Notes: a model not told the origin generated them from the letters alone. 64,000 nucleotides of DNA from Gemmatimonadota bacterium (GCA_051004775.1 JBPCJZ010000084.1:16589-80588); one strand, 5' to 3'; positions 37,548-47,055 are shown, counted from the stretch's first letter. Program-made: numbers and translations.

Positions 37548-37576
37548 GGAGTGTGCAGGAAAGTACGTGACACTCC
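37548..37576. promoter_or_regulatory. Inverted repeat GGAGTGT-N15-ACACTCC, candidate enhancer (UAS)
   Basis: Perfect 7-bp arms, 110-140 bp upstream of a sigma54-like site. Confidence 0.45.
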
Positions 37577-37620
37577 GCAAAGCGCCGCCCAACTGTAGCG
37601 TTTCCAACACCGTCGCCGCG

Positions 37621-37680
37621 GGAAATCACTTTATATGAGATTGAATATCTGCATATCAAATAACGATATAGATGTTTGTG
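37621..37680. promoter_or_regulatory. AT-rich segment (17/60 GC), candidate IHF or bending region
   Basis: 28% GC by count; contains the TATCAA core of the IHF consensus but lacks the TTR element. Confidence 0.45.
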
Positions 37681-37688
37681 CGCAGATC

Positions 37689-37704
37689 TGGCACGCACTT
37701 CGCA
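37689..37704 (+). promoter_or_regulatory. Sigma54 (-24/-12) promoter TGGCACGCACTTCGCA
   Basis: GG-N10-GC spacing; one mismatch to TGGCAC-N5-TTGCA. Confidence 0.6.
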
Positions 37705-37884
37705 CGGGTAGGGATGAAATCGGACGACATCGTGTCCCGGACCGCCCCCGAGCGTGGATATTCCGGCGGGCGGGTTCCGGCGGGTTCCGAAAGAGTTGAT
37801 CGCGCGGCCGCGGAAGTTACATTAGCTGCGATGCGCCCCGCCCCGAGGGGGTCAGGGTCACGTGGCAGACGGAGGCTATGCAGA

Positions 37885-38355
37885 GTGAACGGAATCAGAC
37901 TTTGGACGCGCGACGGGGCTCGACGGGGCCTTCGTGGTGATCGTAGAGACAGTGGCCAGGCGCTGGCGGAGATCGCGATCGCGCTTCCGATCCTGCTCCT
38001 GATGATGGTCGGCATCTTCGAGTTCGCCCGAGCCTACCAGATCCAGCAGGTGGTGGTGAACGCGGCGCGCGAGGGAGCCCGAACGGTCGTGCTGCCCGGA
38101 GTAGACTCCGACTCGGCGAAGAAAATCGTCAACAACTATCTCGCGAGCGGCAACGTTACGCCGGCGTCGGTAACCGTTAACAACATCGATAGCCCGGGAA
38201 CGGATCCGGGTCAAACCGGCAACGCCATGAGCGTGCAAATTACTGTGGACTATTCGTTCACCCTGGTCGGACCCATGGTCCGCCTCGCGACAGGCAAAGA
38301 CGGCGGGCCCGGCGACATCACGCTGTCTTCCCAGGCTACGATGCGGCACGAGTAG
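37885..38355 (+). CDS. TadE/TadG-like pseudopilin
   Basis: SGQALAEIAIALPILLLMMVGIFEF prepilin motif and NAAREGAR; GTG 37885 with GGAGG RBS (ATG 37831 is an alternative). Confidence 0.88.
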   Translation: MNGIRLWTRDGARRGLRGDRRDSGQALAEIAIALPILLLMMVGIFEFARAYQIQQVVVNAAREGARTVVLPGVDSDSAKKIVNNYLASGNVTPASVTVNNIDSPGTDPGQTGNAMSVQITVDYSFTLVGPMVRLATGKDGGPGDITLSSQATMRHE

Positions 38356-38361
38356 GCCCTC

Positions 38362-38399
38362 ACGAAGCGAGCGGCGCCCAACGAAGACAGCGGCGCCCA
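38362..38399. repeat. 19-bp tandem duplication ACGAAG(CG/AC)AGCGGCGCCCA x2
   Basis: Read directly from the sequence; two mismatches; convergent gap. Confidence 0.7.
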
Positions 38400-38426
38400 A
38401 CCGTTGCCACGGGTCGCGAACGAAAC

Positions 38427-38460
38427 AAGCCCGGACCCCCGACGAGGAGTCCGGGCTTTC
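38427..38460. terminator. Probable bidirectional terminator hairpin
   Basis: AAGCCCGGAC (38427-36) / GTCCGGGCTT (38449-58), between convergent genes. Confidence 0.65.
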
Positions 38461-38522
38461 TCTCGTCCGGTCGGCAAGCTCGCGCCCGCGACGCCCGCCG
38501 GAGGCGGCAGGCCGCGCGACGA

Positions 38523-38894
38523 CTACTTGTCGCGGTACCGCTTGGTCATGCCGCCGCGCTCTTCCTCGCCCACAGGTTCGTCGCCGGTATTGATGAAACT
38601 GCTGCCGGGCTCGTCCGTGTCGATGTTCGCGGTGATCGGCTTCTCGTACCGCAGCATGTCCACGAAGGAACCGAGGCAACTGAACGGGAGAAAGCAGCAC
38701 GCGAGGCGCCCGTCCTGGTTCCACACGGGGGTCGGAAAGTCCTCGCCGTCGGGCAGAAAATAGAAGATGAGCCGCAGGTGGTCACCGAAGCACGCCACGA
38801 CGCCGCGCGCCCGCGTGTCGCAGCCGGCCCACTGCGTGACGTGATCTCCGAGCGTCACGCGATACTTCTTCACCTCGAATACGTGCTTGGCCAT
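38523..38894 (-). CDS. Hypothetical protein (123 aa)
   Basis: Non-GC-biased, protein-like composition (LIFYFL...LRYEKP...TGDEPVGEEE); the only sensible ORF in the gap. Confidence 0.75.
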   Translation of the reverse strand: MAKHVFEVKKYRVTLGDHVTQWAGCDTRARGVVACFGDHLRLIFYFLPDGEDFPTPVWNQDGRLACCFLPFSCLGSFVDMLRYEKPITANIDTDEPGSSFINTGDEPVGEEERGGMTKRYRDK

Positions 38895-39011
38895 CGCTGG
38901 AATTCCCCGTTGCGCATTGAAGTCACCGATGAACGGACAGGGCGGAAGATTACACGTCCGCGGCTTGAAAGCGAGACGAGAGCTGAGCGCTCGAGCGCGG
39001 TAAGCGGTCGA

Positions 39012-39704
39012 TCAGCCCAGCTTCCGCAGGAACGACTCCGCCATCCTCGGCCCGCCGGCTTCGTCCTCGTGCTTGAAGAAAACGTAGGCTTCGTCCCAAT
39101 CGGCCGCCTCTACGCGCTCGATCCATCGCCCGAGTTCCTCGTCGGAATAGTCGGCGCGGCGCAGCCTGAGATAGCCCATCGGCCCGGTGCGGACGATCTT
39201 GCCCGCCTCTTCCTCAGTGTCGGCGGTACAGAGAGCGGCGCCCCGGTCACGAAGCAGTTCCACGACGTCGTCTTCGAACCACGAGGCGTGGCGGAATTCG
39301 AAGGCAGCCCGGGTCGGAGCGGCGAGGAGATCGAGAAAGCCGCGCAGGCGTTCGACGTCCTTCTTCATGTTCGGCGGCAGCTGAAACAGCACGGCCCCGA
39401 GGCGCGAGCCGAGCGTGGCGGCGGTTCGGAGGAAGTATTCGAGTTCTTCCTCGACGCCACCAAGCCGTTTGAAGTGGGTGATCCGCCGCGAGGCCTTCAG
39501 CACGAAGCGGAAATCGGAACCGGTTTTGTCCGCCCAGCCGTCGAGCACCTCCGACTTCGGCATCCGGTAGAACGTGTTGTTGATCTCGACGGCCGGGAGG
39601 CGCGACGCGTAGTACTCCAGCATCTTCGCGGCGGAGAGATCCTCCGGGTAGAAGGCCCCCTTCCACTCCTTGTAGCTGAAGCCGCTCGTGCCCGCGCGTA
39701 TCAT
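39012..39704 (-). CDS. DUF72 (YecE-like) protein
   Basis: GTSGFSYKEWKGAFYP, VEINNTFY, FQLPP, AFEFRH, YLRLR, YVFFKHE. Confidence 0.92.
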   Translation of the reverse strand: MIRAGTSGFSYKEWKGAFYPEDLSAAKMLEYYASRLPAVEINNTFYRMPKSEVLDGWADKTGSDFRFVLKASRRITHFKRLGGVEEELEYFLRTAATLGSRLGAVLFQLPPNMKKDVERLRGFLDLLAAPTRAAFEFRHASWFEDDVVELLRDRGAALCTADTEEEAGKIVRTGPMGYLRLRRADYSDEELGRWIERVEAADWDEAYVFFKHEDEAGGPRMAESFLRKLG

Positions 39705-39712
39705 GCCCTACG

Positions 39713-42304
39713 CTACTCGCCCGAGACCCGACCGGCGAGGCGACCGAGCGCGCCAATCAGGTCCGGCTCTGTCTCGAGCACGTCGAGCAGCGGATCCTCG
39801 GACATGCGGGCGAGACGGCGGGGCATGCTCCGAATCGTGAACTTGTCGAGCCGCAGCCGGCCGTTCACCTCGCGCCAGCGCAGCGGCGCGGAGACCCAGG
39901 CGCCGGCGACCGGACGCACGCTGTAGGGCGCCACAAGCAGCTGGCCGCGCCGATTCTGCAGGAAGTCGACGTACACTTTGCCCTCCCGTTCGTCGAGGGC
40001 TCGTGCGATGGTCGCGACGCCCGGCATCTCTTCGACGACGACCCTCGCGAGCAACTCACCGAGCGTACGGGACTGCTCGTAGGTGAACACGCGGCCGAGC
40101 GGGATCAGCACGTGGAGCCCGCTCGACCCGCTCGTCTTCACGTAGTTGGGGAGCTCGATCTCGTCGCACAGCCGGTGAAGGAACTTCGCGATCTCCACCA
40201 CCTCCGAGAACGGCGCCCCCTTCGGGTCGAGGTCGAGGATGCACCAGTCGGGCCGGTCGAGGCTGTCGACGCGGCTGGCCCAGACGTGGAGCGGGATCGA
40301 CCCCAGGTTCGCCAGGTAGAGCAGGGAAGCCTCGTCGTCGCAGACGAAGTAGTCGATCTTCTTGTCGGAGCTCTCGCTCGCGACGTTCACCGTGCGAATC
40401 CACTCCGGAGTGGAGACCGGCGCGTTCTTCTGGTAGAATGACTTGCCGTCGATTCCGTCGGGATAGCGCGTGAGGACGAGAGGGCGGTCGGCCAGGTACG
40501 GGAGCAGCCACGGCGCGACGGCCCGGTAGTATTCATACAGGTCGCGCTTCGTATAGCCTTCATCGGGCCAGAAGATCTTCTCCGGGTTCGACAGCGCGGG
40601 GAGTTGCAGGGCCGGCTCCTCCGAGTCGGCAGCCGCGTCGGCCTCGAAGTCGTGGCCGTCTTCGTCCTCCCCGCGCGCCGCGGACGGAACCCCGCTCGCG
40701 TCCTCCGGGAACGCGCATTGCCCGGGCTCCTTGTCGTCGCGCAGCCTCACGAACACGGGGTGGCGCAGGAGCCCATCGTTCGTCCACTCCAGGTAGCGCA
40801 CCTCCGCGACGCACACGGGCTCGACCCACGTCGAGTCGGCGTCCTTCGGGCTGCCTACGGCCGGGGAAGCCCCGGTCGCAAGCGGAGCCAGCGCGTCGCG
40901 GAGCGCGGCGAGTTCCGCATCCGTGAAGCCCGTCCCGACGCGTCCGGCGTAGCGCAACTCTCCGTCGTCCAGCCCCGCCAGGTGCAGCGCCCCGAAGCCT
41001 GAGCGCGACCCCTTCGGCGCGGTGAAGCCGACGATCACCAGGTCCGCCGTCCGTTCGGCGCGCACCTTCCGCCAGGCATCCGAACGACCCTTCCGGTAGG
41101 GGCTCCCGAGCCGCTTTCCCACGATGCCTTCGAGCCCCAGGCCGACGACCTGTTCGTACAACGCCTCTCCCTGTTCCCGGAAGTCGTCGACATAGCGCAG
41201 CGGACCGGCCGGGGGCAGGAGGTCGCGGAGCAGCGCCTTCCTGCGTTCCACGGGGAGGCCGCGCAGGTCGTGGCCGCACAGGCCGGGTAGATCGAAAGCG
41301 TAGAACGTGGCGGGTCGTCGCAGCGACGCGCCCTTCACGTCGACGGCCCGCCGCAGCCGCGCCCGGTTCTGCAGGCGCTGGAAGTCCGGCCGGCCGGCCG
41401 GATCGTGCATCACGACTTCGCCGTCGATCACCGCATCCGTGATCGGCAGGGCCTTGATGGCTCGCGCCAGCTCCGGAAACGAGCGCGTCGCGTCGTTCCC
41501 GTTGCGGGTGAGGAGCCGCACCCCGGGTCCCGTCTTGGCCGCGAGCATCCGGTATCCGTCGAGCTTGAGCTCGAACATCCAGTCCGGGTCGCTGAACGGC
41601 TCATCGACGGCTCGCGCCAGCATGATCCCCAGGCGCTCGGCACGGACGGGGCGGGCCGGCGCCTCCAGTTTCTCGAGGCGCCGGGCGAACTCGGCGGAGC
41701 GTTCGACCCCCTCGCCGAGTTCCGTCACCGTGAGGCCGCTGAGCACGGATGCCTGCGAAATCGTGGCGTCCGCCTCGGGCGCCGCCTCGCGCTCGGCCGC
41801 GCTCATGTGCCGCGTCTCGCGGATCATGAGCCACTCGTTCTCCGCGCGCTTGATCTTCACGAGCGTCCAGACGCCGCGGAGCTTGTATCCCCGCAGCTCG
41901 AACAGGAGCTTGCCGGACTCGAGGCCGGCCACCGGATCCTCGAGGGCGCTCCAGGTTCCCCGATCCCAGATGATCATGGCGCCGGCGCCGTAGTTGCCCT
42001 CCGGGATCACGTCCTCGAAGTCGACGTACTCGAGCGGGTGGTCCTCGACGTGCACGGCGAGGCGCTTCTCGGCGGGGTCTAGCGACGGCCCCTTCGGCAC
42101 GGCCCACGAGGCGAGGGAACCGCCCAGCTCGAGTCGGAGGTCCCAGTGCAGCCGGGACGCGTCGTGCTGATGAATAACAAACAGGCCGCCGCCCGCAGCG
42201 TCCGCGTCCACGTCCGGCGCGCCGACCGGGCCCACCCCTGGCTCCGGCGTCGCGCCGGGCACGCGTTTGCCGCGATACCGCTCCAGCCGGTCCGCGGGAC
42301 TCAC
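39713..42304 (-). CDS. ligD: NHEJ DNA ligase D (phosphoesterase-ligase-polymerase order)
   Basis: PE: FVIHQHDASRLHWDLRLE, SWAVPKGPS; LIG: ELKLDGYR, EGIVGK; POL: LSNPEK, FYQK, DLDP, KTSG, DFLQN, APYSVR. Confidence 0.95.
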   Translation of the reverse strand: MSPADRLERYRGKRVPGATPEPGVGPVGAPDVDADAAGGGLFVIHQHDASRLHWDLRLELGGSLASWAVPKGPSLDPAEKRLAVHVEDHPLEYVDFEDVIPEGNYGAGAMIIWDRGTWSALEDPVAGLESGKLLFELRGYKLRGVWTLVKIKRAENEWLMIRETRHMSAAEREAAPEADATISQASVLSGLTVTELGEGVERSAEFARRLEKLEAPARPVRAERLGIMLARAVDEPFSDPDWMFELKLDGYRMLAAKTGPGVRLLTRNGNDATRSFPELARAIKALPITDAVIDGEVVMHDPAGRPDFQRLQNRARLRRAVDVKGASLRRPATFYAFDLPGLCGHDLRGLPVERRKALLRDLLPPAGPLRYVDDFREQGEALYEQVVGLGLEGIVGKRLGSPYRKGRSDAWRKVRAERTADLVIVGFTAPKGSRSGFGALHLAGLDDGELRYAGRVGTGFTDAELAALRDALAPLATGASPAVGSPKDADSTWVEPVCVAEVRYLEWTNDGLLRHPVFVRLRDDKEPGQCAFPEDASGVPSAARGEDEDGHDFEADAAADSEEPALQLPALSNPEKIFWPDEGYTKRDLYEYYRAVAPWLLPYLADRPLVLTRYPDGIDGKSFYQKNAPVSTPEWIRTVNVASESSDKKIDYFVCDDEASLLYLANLGSIPLHVWASRVDSLDRPDWCILDLDPKGAPFSEVVEIAKFLHRLCDEIELPNYVKTSGSSGLHVLIPLGRVFTYEQSRTLGELLARVVVEEMPGVATIARALDEREGKVYVDFLQNRRGQLLVAPYSVRPVAGAWVSAPLRWREVNGRLRLDKFTIRSMPRRLARMSEDPLLDVLETEPDLIGALGRLAGRVSGE

Positions 42305-42608
42305 CAGGAAACCTTCACGGAGAAGCGAAGAGCACCGGCGCGGCCGCTACGATCCAAGGGAATCTCATGGTCGACATCCTCGCTGAGAAGGCTGCGGATC
42401 GAGGCGCAGGGATTCTATCGGGCGGAGATTCTCCCCGCGAACAACCTGCCATACGTCAGGGTGCCGGGCCGGCAGCCGCCGGTCATACCGGTGCGCCCGA
42501 TATTTTCCCCGATCCCGCCGCAACAGTAGTTTCCATCAGGCCCGCGACGCCCCCGGCGGACGCGGCGAGAGGGGACCGCCAGACCACGAGCGCAGGAGTA
42601 GAGACGAC

Positions 42609-43463
42609 ATGAGCGCCCGACCGATGGGATCGGCCACTGTATCGTTCGGACTCGTATCCGTTCCCGTGAAGCTATTTTCTACCGCGGACAACACGAGCAA
42701 GATTTCCTTCAACTGGATCTCGCCCTCCTCCGGCGCGCGAGTCAAGCAGAAGTACTGGGATCCGAAGGAAGAGCGCCTGGTGGAGCGCGACGAACTGGTG
42801 AAGGGATACGAGTTCGCGCGCGACCAGTATGTGCTGTTCGAGCCCGACGAACTGAAGGTGCTCGACGCGCAGGCGACCAACACGATCGACATCGAGGAGT
42901 TCATCCCGTTCGAGGCCGTGGAGCGGCTGTGGCTGAACAAGGCCTACTTCCTCGGCCCGGACCGCGGTGGGGAGCGGGCGTACCGCCTGCTCAGTGCGGC
43001 GCTCCAGAAGACGGGCCGCGCGGCCCTCGGACGCTATGCGGCCCGCGGCAAGGAATACATCGTCCTCGTGCGGCCGATCGGCGACGGTCTGATGCTCGAA
43101 CAGCTCTACTACCCGGAGGAACTGCGCTCTTTCGAGGAAGTTCCGACCGGAGACGCCGAAGTGAAGAAGGCCGAACTGGACCTGGCGGTGCAGCTCATCG
43201 AGCAGGCGTCCGCCGACGAGTTCAAGCCGGAGCAGTTCGAGGACTCGGTCCACAAGCGCGTCCTCGCGCTCATCGAGAAGAAGATCGAGGGCGAAGAGAT
43301 CACCGCCGCACCGGAAGTGGAGCCCGAAGGCAAGATCATCGATCTCATGGAGGCGCTGAAGGCGAGCCTCGGAGACGCCGACTCGGGGGCGGCGGGAAAG
43401 AAACGGAAACCCGCGAAGCCGGCTGCCGCCAGGAAGACGCAGCGCAAGGCAGCCTCCAAGTAG
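42609..43463 (+). CDS. ku: NHEJ Ku protein
   Basis: SFGLVSVPVKLF, LVKGYE, YFLGPD, AYRLL, IDLMEALKASL, basic tail; AGGAG RBS. Confidence 0.95.
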   Translation: MSARPMGSATVSFGLVSVPVKLFSTADNTSKISFNWISPSSGARVKQKYWDPKEERLVERDELVKGYEFARDQYVLFEPDELKVLDAQATNTIDIEEFIPFEAVERLWLNKAYFLGPDRGGERAYRLLSAALQKTGRAALGRYAARGKEYIVLVRPIGDGLMLEQLYYPEELRSFEEVPTGDAEVKKAELDLAVQLIEQASADEFKPEQFEDSVHKRVLALIEKKIEGEEITAAPEVEPEGKIIDLMEALKASLGDADSGAAGKKRKPAKPAAARKTQRKAASK

Positions 43464-43466
43464 GGC

Positions 43467-44303
43467 GTGACTACTTACAGGACCACGGACGTTGCCGACC
43501 TGCTCGGCATGTCCGCCGCGCGCGTGCGCCGGCTCGCGCGAACGGCCGGGCTGGATCCGGACCGGGAGGCGGGCGGGCGCTACGGTTTCGGGTTCCGCGA
43601 CCTGGTTCTGCTCAAGACCGCGGTCGCTCTCGAGGAGAGCGGAATCACGCCCCGGCGGCTCCTGCGCTCCATTCGTGCCCTCGGCGAGCAACTTCCGGCC
43701 GATCGTCCGCTCACTGCCGTTCGGATCACGTCGGAGACCGGCGCGGTCGTCGCTGTCGATCGGGATACGGCCTGGGACGTCGAGAGCGGCCAGACCCGCC
43801 TGCCGCTCGATCGCGCGGAGGACACCGAGGAGCGGGCTGTGTCGGCCATCTCCGCGCGTCGGCCGCGACGTCAGCGTCCGGATCGCAAGCCGAGCCCGGA
43901 GGAGTGGTTCGATCTAGGGTGCGCCCTCCAGGCGGAGCAATCCGCGCAGGCCGAGCAGGCCTTCCGCAACGCGCTCGCCGGCGACCCCTCCCATGCCGAC
44001 GCCGCGGTGAACCTCGGCTACCTCCTCCATGAGCGGGAAGACGCCGCTCGCGCGGAGGCGGCGTACCGGCAGGCTCTGGCGGCGGCGCCCGGGCACCCTA
44101 CGGCCGCGTTCAATCTCGCCGTGGCGCTGGAGGACCAGGACCAGGCCGATGAAGCGCTACAGTGGTATCTCGTTGCCATCGAGGCAGACCCTCTGATGGC
44201 CGACGCGTACTACAACCTGTCGCGGCTCTGCGAGGAACGGGGCGACCGCGCGGCGGCGCTCCGTTACCTCCGGAGCTACAGTGAACTCGTGCGCATCGGC
44301 TGA
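43467..44303 (+). CDS. MerR-like HTH + TPR protein
   Basis: YRTTDVADLLGMS...YGFGFRDLVLL HTH; four TPR-like units (AAVNLG, AAFNLA, AYYNLS); starts 3 nt after the ku stop. Confidence 0.85.
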   Translation: MTTYRTTDVADLLGMSAARVRRLARTAGLDPDREAGGRYGFGFRDLVLLKTAVALEESGITPRRLLRSIRALGEQLPADRPLTAVRITSETGAVVAVDRDTAWDVESGQTRLPLDRAEDTEERAVSAISARRPRRQRPDRKPSPEEWFDLGCALQAEQSAQAEQAFRNALAGDPSHADAAVNLGYLLHEREDAARAEAAYRQALAAAPGHPTAAFNLAVALEDQDQADEALQWYLVAIEADPLMADAYYNLSRLCEERGDRAAALRYLRSYSELVRIG

Positions 44304-44524
44304 CGCGGCGGGCCGCGCGAGCCCATGATGCGTGGGGTCGCGCGAGCCATCAGTGCCCGGAAGTGTCCGGCGACGGGACGCGGTGTCGCGAAAGCGCACG
44401 TTCAGGGACGGGCGACCGGCCGGGCGCTGGTGGAACTCTTGCTATGACAGGCACATGGATTTGAACGAAGCTGGCATGTCATCTGCAATTGTCGAAGTAA
44501 TGTCCATCCGAGGAGGTGAGGGGT

Positions 44525-47005
44525 TTGGGACGACTGCTGCGTGACATCAGGTTCGGTTCGCGCTTTCTGGCGAAGCATCCGGCGTTCACGGCGCTCGTCG
44601 TCGTGACGCTCGGGCTCGGGATCGGGGCGAGCACCGCAATCTTCAGCGTCGTCAATCGCGTGCTGCTCGAGCCGCTTCCATACGCGGAGCCCGAGCGGCT
44701 CGTCCTGATCCGTCACGACATCCGCAACACGGATTTTTCCGGCGCGCCGGTTCCACCTGCCGACGTGATGGACTTCCGCGAGCAGGTGAACGTGTTCGAG
44801 GCCATCGCCGCGACAGATCGCACGTTCGACCGCAATCTTACCGGCGACGGGCCGGCCGAGGTCGTCCGCGTCGCCGGTGTCACCGCGAACTTCTTCGACG
44901 TGCTCGGAGTCCGGGCCGAGCGAGGCCGGACCTTCGTCGAATCGGACGGGCAGCGCGGCGCCTCCGGCCTCTCGGCGGACGGCTCGCCGATCGGCGGGAA
45001 CGTGGTGATCAGCCACGGCCTGTGGAAACGGCGCTTCGCCGAGGACGAAGGGGTCATCGGTCGCATTTTGATGCTGAACGACGTTCCGCTGCAGATCGTC
45101 GGTGTCATGCCGGCCGACTTTCGCCTGCACATGCCTGTGAACGCCGGTATGCCCACCGACATCGACGTGTGGAATCCCACTCGGTTCGACTACCGGCTGG
45201 TCCCGCGCAACAGCCAGAATGCGAACCGCCGGATCATCGCCCGCCTGGCCCCCGGCGTCACATTGCCGGAAGCCCAGCGTCAGGCCGATGCCGTGGCCGC
45301 GTGGCAGCGAGAGACCTACGACTATCACCGCAATGCGGACATCCATATTTCGGTCGCGCCGATGCACGCCGCGATCGTCCGCCACGTCCGTCCGATCCTT
45401 ATCGGCCTGTTCGCGGCGGTCGGGATCGTGCTGATCATCGCCTGCGCCAACGTCGCCAACCTTCTCCTCGTACAGGCGACCTCGCGGGAGCGGGAGATCG
45501 CGATTCGGGCGGCGGTTGGCGGCGGGCGTCGTCGCATCCTTGCCCAGTTGATGACCGAGAGCCTCCTGCTGGCGACGGTGGGCGGGCTGATGGGGCTGCT
45601 GATCGCCCGCTGGGGCATCGACCTGTTGCTCGCGGCCCGACCGGCGAACCTGCCGCGGCTCGAGTCGGTGCCGATCGATGGCCGGGTCCTCGCCTTCACG
45701 CTCGGGATCACCGTGGGCTCCGCGATGCTGTTCGGAACGTTTCCCGCGCTGCAGGCGTCGCGCCCCGACCTGCATCGGAATCTGAACGACCGCGGCGTGC
45801 GTACGGGCGACCGGAACAAGCGGAGCCTCCGGGGAGCGCTCGTGGTATCGGAGGTAGCGCTCGCGATGGTGCTGCTGATCGGGGCGGGCCTGATGGTCCG
45901 AAGCCTGCGGGCCGTGGAGCGCATCGACCTGGGCTTCTCTCCGGAAGAGGCGCTCTCCTTCAACCTCACGCTTCCATTCGCGCGCTACGGCACGATCGAA
46001 GAGCGCGGAAAGTTCATCCGGCGCCTCGAGCTGGCGGCGGGGAAGCATCCGGGCATCCTTGCAGCAGGCGTGACCTCGGTTCTCCCGCTCGGCGGCCAGT
46101 TCTGGACGTCTCCGTACAGGGTCGAGCGCCACGAGGATGGGTCGCAGTTCGGGGGCGAGGCGAACTATCAGATGGTCACTCCCGGAATGTTCGGGGCGCT
46201 CGAGATGCGGCTCGTCGCGGGTCGATGGCTGACCGACGATGACAACGATTCGGAGGCGAGCGTCGTCGTAGTCGACCGTTCTCTCGCCGCACGGGCCTGG
46301 CCGGGCCGGTCCCCGGTGGGAAGGAAGCTGTACGCCGAGGGCTTCGGCACGCCCTCCCGCTGGTTCAAGGTGGTCGGCGTCGTCGAATCACTGCACCTGG
46401 ACGATCCGATCGAGCCGTCGCGGGAGACGATCTTCTTCCCCTACGAGTCGCAGGGCGCGGTGCCCTCGGTCTCATTCGTCGCGCGGAGCGCCGCCGGTGA
46501 CCCGAAGGAACTGGCCGGGCCGTTGCACGAGATGGTGAAGGACCTCGATCCCGAAATTCCGCTCGGCGCCGTTCGACCGCTGGAGGCGTACGTGTCGGAC
46601 GCTACCGCGCCCGTTCGGTTCGCTACGATGCTGATCGGCATCTTCGCCCTGGTGGCGCTCGCGCTTGCCGCGGTCGGCGTGTACGGGGTCGTATCGTCGC
46701 TCGTGCGTCAGCGAACCCGCGAGATTGGCCTTCGCCTCGCCCTCGGCGCTCCGCAGCCCCGGATCGTTCGCGCGGTGATGGCTCGTGGCCTGCGGCTCGG
46801 CGTAGCTGGTCTCGTGACCGGCGCTCTCGCGTCCCTCGCGCTCACGCGCATGACCGCCAGCGTCGTTACGGGGGTGAGCCCCACGGACCCACTGACGTAC
46901 GCTGTCGTCGGGGGTATCCTGCTCGCGGTCACGGGCATCGCCAGCGCGGTACCTGCGCGGCGCGCCGTGCGCGTGGACCCGATGGAAGCCCTTCGGTATG
47001 AATGA
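44525..47005 (+). CDS. ADOP-type duplicated ABC permease (MacB/FtsX)
   Basis: RDIRFGSRFLAKHPAFT, LGLGIGASTAIFSVV, ACANVANL, REIAIRAAVG, REIGLRLALGA, DPMEALRYE; TTG 44525 after AGGAGG. Confidence 0.92.
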   Translation: MGRLLRDIRFGSRFLAKHPAFTALVVVTLGLGIGASTAIFSVVNRVLLEPLPYAEPERLVLIRHDIRNTDFSGAPVPPADVMDFREQVNVFEAIAATDRTFDRNLTGDGPAEVVRVAGVTANFFDVLGVRAERGRTFVESDGQRGASGLSADGSPIGGNVVISHGLWKRRFAEDEGVIGRILMLNDVPLQIVGVMPADFRLHMPVNAGMPTDIDVWNPTRFDYRLVPRNSQNANRRIIARLAPGVTLPEAQRQADAVAAWQRETYDYHRNADIHISVAPMHAAIVRHVRPILIGLFAAVGIVLIIACANVANLLLVQATSREREIAIRAAVGGGRRRILAQLMTESLLLATVGGLMGLLIARWGIDLLLAARPANLPRLESVPIDGRVLAFTLGITVGSAMLFGTFPALQASRPDLHRNLNDRGVRTGDRNKRSLRGALVVSEVALAMVLLIGAGLMVRSLRAVERIDLGFSPEEALSFNLTLPFARYGTIEERGKFIRRLELAAGKHPGILAAGVTSVLPLGGQFWTSPYRVERHEDGSQFGGEANYQMVTPGMFGALEMRLVAGRWLTDDDNDSEASVVVVDRSLAARAWPGRSPVGRKLYAEGFGTPSRWFKVVGVVESLHLDDPIEPSRETIFFPYESQGAVPSVSFVARSAAGDPKELAGPLHEMVKDLDPEIPLGAVRPLEAYVSDATAPVRFATMLIGIFALVALALAAVGVYGVVSSLVRQRTREIGLRLALGAPQPRIVRAVMARGLRLGVAGLVTGALASLALTRMTASVVTGVSPTDPLTYAVVGGILLAVTGIASAVPARRAVRVDPMEALRYE

Positions 47006-47055
47006 CGCCGGCCTGACCAGCATTGCCAGAAGACTCAACCAGTCCGGGAGGACTC

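Noticed and set aside
37450-37880. 430-nt gap with an AT-rich patch as an ncRNA or horizontally acquired fragment
   Set aside because: No tRNA, tmRNA or SRP features or IS ends; better explained as a sigma54 regulatory region
42305-42608. PafBC-type motif upstream of ligD or ku
   Set aside because: The TANNNT candidates (42348, 42523-28, 42527) have no TGTCGG at N10 spacing; TGTCGA at 42371-76 (minus strand) has no -10 at the right distance
44443-44481. ATGACA...TGTCAT inverted repeat upstream of the ADOP permease as an operator
   Set aside because: 6-bp arms with a ~27-nt spacer; not distinctive, and no cognate regulator nearby
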